DNA from: a bacterium
GTDB lineage: Bacteria > UBP14 > UBA6098
DNA length: 64,000 bases
Reading direction: 5' to 3'
NCBI GenBank assembly: GCA_023145965.1
Contig: JAGLDC010000035.1
Location: 14,462 to 78,461 of the forward strand
Made by a program: the position numbers and the translations under genes. Of this stretch, positions 1-7,746 are shown piece after piece (the first letter of the stretch is position 1; each line of letters opens with the position of its first letter). Under the pieces are notes generated by a model. That model saw only the letters and a program-made list of their open reading frames with translations, was not told where the DNA came from and did no database searches.

Positions 1-840
1 CTCAATCGAAGGGCACTTGAATCTCTAGTTTGCGCTGGAGCTTTCGACTCATTAATCGACAACCGCGCCGAGTTAATGGCTTCAATACCGGAGGCATTGT
101 CCTGGGCTGCTAAAGCCAAAAACAGCGACATAGCGGCATCGGCGGGAGACCTTTTTGCCTCCGATGACACGCTAAAAAAATTCCCCGAACCCATTCATGC
201 TGAGCCGTGGAATAAAAAAACAACCTTAGATAAAGAAAAGGATGCCCTGGGTTTCTTTTTCAGTGGACATCCTTTAAATCGTTTCGTCGATGAAATATCG
301 GCATTCACGAATATAACAACATCTGAGCTTCAATCAAAAGGCGTTGGAACAGGCGTAGTTCTTATTGGAACTCTAGCTTCTCTGGAAAAAACAATTACGA
401 AAAAGAAAGATGAAATGGCCTATGGCACCTTCGAAGACCTCACTGGTTCAGCCTCTGTTGTGTTTTTTCCAGATACATATAGAAAATGTTCCAACTCTTT
501 AGAAAAAGACGCGATGTTTCTTATTCGTGGAAAATATCAGGAGGATAACAGGGGCAGTAAAATATTAGTGGAAGATGTTATCCCCCTTCAAAACGTCAGG
601 AATGAACTTGTAAATTGCCTCCACATCCGGCTTGATGCCGGTATTGCAACGGAAGAAATTGAAGAACTAAAAACGCTACTTAATAAACATGTAGGCGATA
701 AACGCCTTAAATTGCATATTGTCGGTAACGACCACACTTGGCGTGCAACAAGTTCGGAATTGGACAACACCGCAAGCAGAGAATTAATATCGGAACTGAG
801 GGAAATAATTGGGGAGGACAATGTATGGATAAGCAGTTAA
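1..840 (+). CDS. dnaE: DNA polymerase III alpha subunit, C-terminal part (5' truncated by window)
   Basis: Frame is open from base 1 (LNRRALESLVCAGAFDS). Contains EKDALGFFFSGHPL and OB-fold MAYGTFEDLTGS..VVFFP motifs typical of DnaE. Confidence 0.95.
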   Translation, partial: LNRRALESLVCAGAFDSLIDNRAELMASIPEALSWAAKAKNSDIAASAGDLFASDDTLKKFPEPIHAEPWNKKTTLDKEKDALGFFFSGHPLNRFVDEISAFTNITTSELQSKGVGTGVVLIGTLASLEKTITKKKDEMAYGTFEDLTGSASVVFFPDTYRKCSNSLEKDAMFLIRGKYQEDNRGSKILVEDVIPLQNVRNELVNCLHIRLDAGIATEEIEELKTLLNKHVGDKRLKLHIVGNDHTWRATSSELDNTASRELISELREIIGEDNVWISS

Positions 841-3053
841 TAGCTATAATAAGCTTACTATCGATGCTATTATTTCAGTCCTGTGCCTTTATGGAAGGTA
901 ATAATCCGCTACCAACCAAAGAAAACCCATCTACTGGAATAAAAGCTGAGGAAACTCGCGTCCCTGTTATTGAATTATCCGCCGAATTTAAATGTGATAG
1001 CGTCGCTGCGCACCGCATCTCTCGATTGAGATGGCACGAGGCTGCTAGCATTATTGAAAGAAAAACGTCACACTCTATTTTTGATGTTTATCTTCTCGCA
1101 CTCGCAAAATCTAATTTGGGCAAAGATAAAGAGGCATGCGCTTTATTCGGTATGTCAATATCCGACACCGCTAATCCTATACGCGATTATTTCGTTTTTG
1201 ATTATGCTGAGGCCCTTTTCAAGACAGATTCGATAGATAAATCCATCGATCTATTGAAAAATATCGAAAATCCGGTGCTTCAAGAGAAAGCCCTCGTTAG
1301 AATTTTCGAATACACCCATGAAAAACGCGATTCACAGGCTACATTTAGCGCCCTAGACACCCTAAATTTAGAATTTCCTAAACATTTCTCCAAAAATGCA
1401 CTTAAACTCGTTAAGGCTCGATTGCACGCTGAATTTGGCGATACTGCGAAAGCAGTCGAATTTTATAATTCTGTAATCAAGGGAAATTCGAGCTCGAATA
1501 CTGTTAAAGCCGCACGAGCGTTGGAACTGCTCGGAAAACTCACTGGAGATAATCTTTTTCTTGCAGGTAAAGCAGCAGTTAATCGAAAATTTTATTCCTC
1601 CGGCGAGGAATGGCTCAAAAAATACATTTCAAATGGCGGAAAGGCAAACATTGGTGAAGCCAGTTATCTTCAAGCAAGGGCTATTTCTCGAAGAGGAAGA
1701 TACAGCGAAGCTGTGGCTTTGTATAAAAAGATCATAAAAGAAAAACTTTATAATACAGCCTGGTGTAATTTGGGTATCGGATATTGCTTTCGCAAACTGA
1801 GGAGATATGACGAGGCCAAGGCTCATATTGACCTAGCTATTAAAGAAGGCTCAGGATCCAATGCCGAGGCCGAGGCCCTTTGGGAAGGCTTGGAATTGAG
1901 CGAAGACAGGGACGATTATATTATGGCCGCCGATTATGCTACGAGACTGGTAAATAAATATTCTAAGCACGACTTAGGAGACAATGGCGCTATGTGGTCG
2001 GGGTTAGCTAACTTCATTGAAGGCGATTTCTCGGCAGCCGCAGATCGCTTCGCGGTGATTAATAAAAAATACAGCGACAAGACCTTCACCGAAACCGGTG
2101 AGTTTTGGCGTGCATTATCCATGATAGCAAACGGCGACACCACCGGCTTCGAGATACTTCGCGAAGTATCTAATTCTTCTGTAAGGCACTATTACAAATA
2201 TTATTCTAAGGAAATCCTTACAGATTTAGCCTTGCCAAATCCGGCATCGAGCCACTCGAGCGATTGGATAACCTACGGGGAAGCTATTAACATTGCGCAG
2301 GCTTCTCTCTCCGAGCTCGGATATAATCAAATAATCCTTTCATTGGACTCACCGTCCGCAACTCGGGCAAAGCTACTCGCTCGATGCGGTCAGATAGATA
2401 GAGCGCAGGTCGAATTCCGCATATGGTCACAAGAACTGAAAATAAATCCATCTATGCGTCTAGCTATGTTGTCACTTGCTTATGATTGGGACTTAACCGC
2501 TCTTGCCTATCAAATCGCTCTCGCCCTCGTTCGTGACATGGGCGGATATGCTTCGGCACCCATCGATGTTATTCGTCTTGCCTATCCTACATTTTATTGC
2601 GATTTGGTTTTCTCCTCGGCCGAAAGAGAATCCATAGATGCCGGATTATTATTTGCGGTCATGCGCAGGGAAAGCATGTTTAACCCACATATAGTCAGTT
2701 ATGCCGGTGCTATCGGCCTTTTTCAGATAATGCCCCAAACAGGTGAAAATCTGAGCGTTCGTCTAGAGGAAAGCAAATATTTTTCGACCACCGACCTATA
2801 CGACTACGAAACATCGATTAAATATGGCGCGCGATATTTGGCAGACCTTTTGCGAGAATATGGATTAGCGGAATATGCATTGGCGGAATATAATGCCGGT
2901 CCCACACCCCTGAAAAGGTGGAAGGAAACACCACATGAAGATTATCGATCCGTATTTGTCGAGAGCATAGATTTCCTTCAAACACGGCATTATGTTAAAA
3001 ATGTGCTCGGTGATTATTTCGCATATAAAGAACTATGGGATAATAGCCTTTAG
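825..3053 (+). CDS. TPR-repeat soluble lytic transglycosylase (Slt family), probable lipoprotein
   Basis: ATG 825 follows GGAGG. Lipobox-like FQSC, TPR-like helices, and C-terminal SLT motifs RRESMF, GAIGLFQIMP, YNAG, QTRHYV. Confidence 0.88.
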   Translation: MDKQLIAIISLLSMLLFQSCAFMEGNNPLPTKENPSTGIKAEETRVPVIELSAEFKCDSVAAHRISRLRWHEAASIIERKTSHSIFDVYLLALAKSNLGKDKEACALFGMSISDTANPIRDYFVFDYAEALFKTDSIDKSIDLLKNIENPVLQEKALVRIFEYTHEKRDSQATFSALDTLNLEFPKHFSKNALKLVKARLHAEFGDTAKAVEFYNSVIKGNSSSNTVKAARALELLGKLTGDNLFLAGKAAVNRKFYSSGEEWLKKYISNGGKANIGEASYLQARAISRRGRYSEAVALYKKIIKEKLYNTAWCNLGIGYCFRKLRRYDEAKAHIDLAIKEGSGSNAEAEALWEGLELSEDRDDYIMAADYATRLVNKYSKHDLGDNGAMWSGLANFIEGDFSAAADRFAVINKKYSDKTFTETGEFWRALSMIANGDTTGFEILREVSNSSVRHYYKYYSKEILTDLALPNPASSHSSDWITYGEAINIAQASLSELGYNQIILSLDSPSATRAKLLARCGQIDRAQVEFRIWSQELKINPSMRLAMLSLAYDWDLTALAYQIALALVRDMGGYASAPIDVIRLAYPTFYCDLVFSSAERESIDAGLLFAVMRRESMFNPHIVSYAGAIGLFQIMPQTGENLSVRLEESKYFSTTDLYDYETSIKYGARYLADLLREYGLAEYALAEYNAGPTPLKRWKETPHEDYRSVFVESIDFLQTRHYVKNVLGDYFAYKELWDNSL

Positions 3054-3065
3054 CCCGAGGATCAA

Positions 3066-4373
3066 ATGTTAAAGTGGATATTAATTGTTTTTCTAGTAGC
3101 CTCTTCAGTAGTCTTCACCGCCGAAAAAGGTCTTCAGACACTTGTTTATCCACCTTTTAAACATAGCTGGGGAGTTCATAAAGGCACCGAGGCTAAGCTC
3201 GACATGCTTCTCGGAAATGCTACGGATTTCGACAATCCACAAGGCCTTGCTGTCGCTCGCTTGAGACGAACCGATAACCCTAAAGATGACCGAGACGATG
3301 ATGAGCTTTCTGCTTATGGTGTCAATGCTGGAAAAGATCAGATCATTTATAACATAAGCATGTATAACCTAGCGATTTACGGCTCCAGCGGCTCAGGGAA
3401 AGACCAATTCAACAGTCCCCGAGGGATTGCAGTTGATCCCTCGGGAGATGTCTTCGTTTGCGATACCGGCAATCGTCGAATTGTTCATCTGATCCACCAA
3501 AAAAAAGGGCTCTCATGGGTTTCCGCTTTTGGTGATGAGATTTTAATCGAACCACACGATGTCTCGATAACCGAGTCAGGCACCCTTTTTGTAACAGACC
3601 ATTCTCGAGGAACTATAGACCTCTTCACCTATGAAGGTAAGCATATTCGATCCATCGATGGTCTTGTCCAACCACGCGGAATCGATGTGGATAATCCAGC
3701 TATTGTAAAATCCCGCTATGCTGAAAAGGCTATTTTTGTCATCGACGGCGATGGCGCTCAGCTTCGCAAAATAAATTATCAAGGGCAGGTTATAGCCTCT
3801 TTCGAAGCGACAAAAATTGGCGATGGAACAGCCAGTCTCAATTTCATCGCTCTGGATTTTTACGACAACGCATGGATTACCGATTCCATTAATTGCCAAA
3901 TACACAAATTCGATAATAAACTTAATTATATCACTAGTATCGGGGAATGCGGCGATAAGGATTACCAGTTCGAAAATCCCACCGGAATAGCTATCTGGAG
4001 ACGCTTCGGACAGGTTGTTATAGCTGAAAGCCATTCGGCTCAATATTTTTGGATAGGTTGCGATATCGCAGGTTTTGATGTCAGTATGAGCGAAAACAGA
4101 GAGGGCAATATTGACGCCAAAATCGATGTGACACTCACTGACCGGGGTTACGTAAGTATCCTTGTTAAAAAAGATGGCGTTATCGTGCGCGATTTTCTCA
4201 CCCATAAGCGTTTTCGCCAGGGTCTTCGCTCGGTCAAATGGGATTTGAAAGATAATGCCGGTCAGCAAATCCCCAGCGGCGAATACGAATTCGAGTTGAA
4301 ACTCGAACCTACATATTCCAGCTACGGTTACTTCGAAAAAATTATCACAAAGAAGGTTAAAATCGATGCCTAA
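3066..4373 (+). CDS. Secreted NHL-repeat beta-propeller protein with C-terminal FlgD-like Ig domain
   Basis: Signal peptide. NHL repeats FNSPRGIAVD..VFVCDTGNRRI and FENPTGIAI. C-terminal WDLKDNAGQQIPSGEY. Confidence 0.8.
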   Translation: MLKWILIVFLVASSVVFTAEKGLQTLVYPPFKHSWGVHKGTEAKLDMLLGNATDFDNPQGLAVARLRRTDNPKDDRDDDELSAYGVNAGKDQIIYNISMYNLAIYGSSGSGKDQFNSPRGIAVDPSGDVFVCDTGNRRIVHLIHQKKGLSWVSAFGDEILIEPHDVSITESGTLFVTDHSRGTIDLFTYEGKHIRSIDGLVQPRGIDVDNPAIVKSRYAEKAIFVIDGDGAQLRKINYQGQVIASFEATKIGDGTASLNFIALDFYDNAWITDSINCQIHKFDNKLNYITSIGECGDKDYQFENPTGIAIWRRFGQVVIAESHSAQYFWIGCDIAGFDVSMSENREGNIDAKIDVTLTDRGYVSILVKKDGVIVRDFLTHKRFRQGLRSVKWDLKDNAGQQIPSGEYEFELKLEPTYSSYGYFEKIITKKVKIDA

Positions 4374-5721
4374 ACCAAAACTTGGAGAGAAAATCGAGGT
4401 TAAAATAGAATCCCCTGCATTTGGTGGTTTCGGTGTAGCTCGTCATGATGGTATTGTTATTTTCGTGCGTTATGCCTACCCCGGTGAGGTCGTCATTGCG
4501 GAAATAACTAAACGCAAAAAGACTGCGCTTTTTGCGGATCAGGTCGATGTTATCGAAGCATCGCAATACAGAAAAAAACCACCATGCGAGGTTTTCGGTA
4601 TCTGCGGTGGATGCTCACTACAAGACCTCGATTTCGAAGCCCAATTTTCGCTCAAAGTCGAGGTTGTCGAGGATTGTTTAAGACATATAGGTAAATTGCA
4701 AGACCTCCCTGAAATCGAGGAAATAAAGGCCGATAGTGAATTCCGTTATCGTAATAAGATGGAGCTTTCATTCGGTGAAAGCAACGGTAACATCTTCTTA
4801 GGTCAACACATACGCGGGCGCTTCGATAGACTTGTGCCCGCAGAGAAATGCCTTCTCATGTTGCCCATAGGTAATCAAATTGCCACTCATATCTCTATGG
4901 AAGCTAACCGCCTCGGCCTAGAAGTATATAACTCCTATCAAAATACCGGACAACTTAGGCATCTTACTCTGAGGTTCTCCGAAACCGAGGGAAAAGTTTT
5001 GGCCGGCGTAACGGTTAAAAAACCAGAATTAAATGATATTAAATTACTCATGGATTCGGCGCACAAGGCTTTCCCCGAACTTGCCGGTTCATTTGCTGTT
5101 GTTAACTCAAGCACAGGCGACACGGCAAAAGGAGAAGTTATTCCACTATTCGGTATCGATCATATCGAGGAGGAAATGCTTGGCCTTAGGTTCAAAATCT
5201 CAATGGCGAGCTTCTTTCAGACCAATACTCGCATGGCTCGTATGTTTTATAATAAGATTCTTGAATTCGCAGAAACAACTCAAAATGGTATCGCTTTTGA
5301 CTTGTTCTCCGGCACAGGAACAATTACACAGTTACTTTCGAAGAAATTCGAAAAAGTTATTGCTATCGAGAACGTAGAACAAGCTGTTATCGATGCTCGA
5401 ATAAGCGCAATAAATAACGGCATTAATAATACCAGCTTCATTTTCGGCTCGGTGGAGAAACAACTTCCAAAAATAGTTTTGGAATTTTCTCCAGAGCTAG
5501 TGGTGCTCGATCCTCCACGGAGCGGTGTAGCAAAAAAAATCCTCAATAAAATAATCGAATGCCAGCCAAACACAATTGTTTATGCCTCCTGTAATCCCTC
5601 CACGCTCGCGCGCGATCTTTCGATCCTCTCCAAAGCTTATTCAATCTCGCGCTTGGCAATAGTTGACATGTTTCCTCAAACCTATCATATTGAATCTATT
5701 GTTCGCCTCGAATTAAGATGA
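4366..5721 (+). CDS. rlmD: 23S rRNA (uracil-5)-methyltransferase RlmD/TrmA family
   Basis: TRAM domain, CEVFGICGGC Fe-S motif, SFFQTN, DLFSGTG, LDPPRSG, YASCNP, DMFPQTYHIE. Confidence 0.93.
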   Translation: MPKPKLGEKIEVKIESPAFGGFGVARHDGIVIFVRYAYPGEVVIAEITKRKKTALFADQVDVIEASQYRKKPPCEVFGICGGCSLQDLDFEAQFSLKVEVVEDCLRHIGKLQDLPEIEEIKADSEFRYRNKMELSFGESNGNIFLGQHIRGRFDRLVPAEKCLLMLPIGNQIATHISMEANRLGLEVYNSYQNTGQLRHLTLRFSETEGKVLAGVTVKKPELNDIKLLMDSAHKAFPELAGSFAVVNSSTGDTAKGEVIPLFGIDHIEEEMLGLRFKISMASFFQTNTRMARMFYNKILEFAETTQNGIAFDLFSGTGTITQLLSKKFEKVIAIENVEQAVIDARISAINNGINNTSFIFGSVEKQLPKIVLEFSPELVVLDPPRSGVAKKILNKIIECQPNTIVYASCNPSTLARDLSILSKAYSISRLAIVDMFPQTYHIESIVRLELR

Positions 5722-5757
5722 TAATTATGCGTATTATGATTTATTATGAATTAATAC

Positions 5758-5786
5758 TTGATTATATATTCTTGATTAGATAATTT
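5758..5786 (+). promoter_or_regulatory. Putative sigma70 promoter TTGATT-N17-TAATTT, leaderless geometry
   Basis: -35 at 5758-5763 and -10 at 5781-5786, with the ATG 7 nt downstream and no SD. Confidence 0.5.
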
Positions 5787-5793
5787 AAAACAT

Positions 5794-6603
5794 ATGTATC
5801 CAAGCAACGAAATATGCCCCTGGAGTAAATTCAATCCGGCTACTTTTTCTTTTTGGGAGGAGCGTCTTTGCGCGTGGGTATCCGAACCAGCTAACACCTG
5901 GTCGAATTTAGCTTACATTAGTGTCGGTATTTCACTTCTTCTTTATTATAGCAAGATTCGATGGTCTCCGGTTAAATTCTTTGCATGGATATGCATACTT
6001 GTAGGCATTACTTCTGGTTTATATCACGCCTCTTGCACCTTTATGTTCCAATGTGCGGACCTCGGCTCTATGTTCCTTGTTGTCACTTTAATGCTCACTT
6101 TAAACCTTAGGAGAATTGGTCTTATTAAGCCACGCGAGGTTTATTTCTTTTTTTGGGGCAGTTTCATAACTTCCTTAGCTGTATTACTTAAATATAACTT
6201 CGCAGGAAGAATAATATTCATAATACTTTTAACTCTCAGTCTTGCTATCGAGGGATACCAATATATAACCAAAAGTGATTACAAAATAAAACCTCTAATC
6301 ACTGCTATTGTGATTTTTGCCGTATCATTTGTATTCTGGCAGCTAGATTTAAAAGGCCTAATGGCAAGGCACGATAATCACGTTTTTCAAGGACATGCTC
6401 TTTGGCATATCGTTAATTCTTTATCTTTTATCTTTTTATACAAATTTTATGACCAATTTGCCATACTATCGCCAAGACGATTAAAACTTATTGAACAAGG
6501 TTCTTCGACCGCCCACGAGTGGCTCTATGGCCGTTTAATTAGGAAAAGAAAAACACTGGATAAATCCATTAATAACACTATTTGTAATAATAGTATTATC
6601 TGA
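5794..6603 (+). CDS. Ceramidase-domain (CREST superfamily) integral membrane protein
   Basis: EPANTWSNLAY, SGLYHAS and GHALWH motifs (SxxxH, HxxWH) with about 7 TM helices. Confidence 0.75.
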   Translation: MYPSNEICPWSKFNPATFSFWEERLCAWVSEPANTWSNLAYISVGISLLLYYSKIRWSPVKFFAWICILVGITSGLYHASCTFMFQCADLGSMFLVVTLMLTLNLRRIGLIKPREVYFFFWGSFITSLAVLLKYNFAGRIIFIILLTLSLAIEGYQYITKSDYKIKPLITAIVIFAVSFVFWQLDLKGLMARHDNHVFQGHALWHIVNSLSFIFLYKFYDQFAILSPRRLKLIEQGSSTAHEWLYGRLIRKRKTLDKSINNTICNNSII

Positions 6604-6619
6604 AAAACCTAGCTCTATT

Positions 6620-6801
6620 ATGCTTAAAGACCTTGTTATAAAAAGCCGAAGCACTCGCCGTTTCAAAGAAGATTGTAATATATCCAGAGATACTTTCTCA
6701 ATTTTGTCAATCTGGCTAGGCTTGGGCCTTCTGCCGCTAATCGCCAACCTTTAAAATTCTTTATTTCTTTCACAAAATCGAAGAACATTATCCTCGAGTA
6801 G
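6620..6801 (+). pseudogene. Nitroreductase family pseudogene (N-terminal fragment, frameshifted and truncated)
   Basis: ATG 6620 gives MLKDLVIKSRSTRRFKED. After a 1-nt shift near 6695 it continues LNFVNLARLGPSAANRQPLKFFIS, stop at 6799-6801. Confidence 0.8.
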
Positions 6802-6804
6802 AGC

Positions 6805-7614
6805 TTAATTCAAATCCCTGAAGATTTCAATAAAATGATCCGGTGATTCGTCTTTACGAATACCCAAGCGGGTTATCGCAAAGTCATATTTTGTGGGATC
6901 TTCTGGGTTAATTTCGGAAAAGGCTTGTGTTATCTCGAGCGCTGTCTTTAGATTTACATTTCTACGCAAAGTAAACCCGATAGCCTTGCATATCCGGTGC
7001 ATATGAGTGTCTATTGGAACAATTAATTTCGAGAATGAAACACCATCCCATCCTCCAGGATCGACTTCATCTTTTCTTATCATCCATTTTAAATACAGGT
7101 TCATACGCTTGCAGGCACTATTTTTGTTTGGCGAGGAAAGCAGGTATGTGCATCGGTTTTGAAATACACAGGATAATCTCTCAACAAATCTTGCTAATGC
7201 TGGGAAGATATTTCTCTCATTCAAAGAATGACCTTTTAAAAAGCACTCATTAAGCGACCCAAAATCCAATATAGCTCGCTTTATACCAATTAAAAGAACT
7301 CCTAGCTCTTCCCCAGTGGTAAACCTGTGTTTAAAACCTTTTAGAATATTACGTAAATCATCATCGTTAACACTCATGAGAAATTCTCTAGGATGAGGAC
7401 CTAGCGATTTCAATGCCCTCCGCACGCTTTGGACTATTTGGGTCACTCTTCCATAGGCTAGGCCTGCCGCGATTAGACCGACAATCTCTCTGTCACTTAT
7501 CAAAGGGTATTCGAGAACAACCTCTAGCGGATCAGGACTAATATATTTTGAATGGTTATATTTTGAGTAAAGCTGCTCGAGGATTTCGAGTTTTGTTATA
7601 TTTGTGATATCCAT
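6805..7614 (-). CDS. TIGR02757/DUF2400 family protein (HhH-GPD-like)
   Basis: DPL, LAYGRV, SACKRMNLYLKWMIR, PIDTH, DPTKYDFAI motifs. Confidence 0.85.
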   Translation of the reverse strand: MDITNITKLEILEQLYSKYNHSKYISPDPLEVVLEYPLISDREIVGLIAAGLAYGRVTQIVQSVRRALKSLGPHPREFLMSVNDDDLRNILKGFKHRFTTGEELGVLLIGIKRAILDFGSLNECFLKGHSLNERNIFPALARFVERLSCVFQNRCTYLLSSPNKNSACKRMNLYLKWMIRKDEVDPGGWDGVSFSKLIVPIDTHMHRICKAIGFTLRRNVNLKTALEITQAFSEINPEDPTKYDFAITRLGIRKDESPDHFIEIFRDLN

Positions 7615-7689
7615 CTCGCTGTAATTCTAGAAAATTCTCAGAAATAATCAAGTTAATTCAATAAATTGACAAAAATGCATTTTTTAGTC

Positions 7690-7717
7690 TTGACCGGTTG
7701 GTCATAATTACTATATT
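7690..7717 (+). promoter_or_regulatory. Putative promoter TTGACC-N16-TATATT
   Basis: Lies upstream of the AAGGAG SD and ATG 7747. Confidence 0.45.
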
Positions 7718-7746
7718 CTGCTATCACATAAAAAAAGGAGCTGACG

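Noticed and set aside
738-824. N-terminal extension of the Slt ORF
   Set aside because: Overlaps dnaE. The SD and signal peptide point to ATG 825.
3576-4268. 230-aa antisense ORF and similar shadow ORFs (29078-29626, 42147-42695, 33129-33596)
   Set aside because: Fully antisense to well-supported genes and lacking recognisable motifs.
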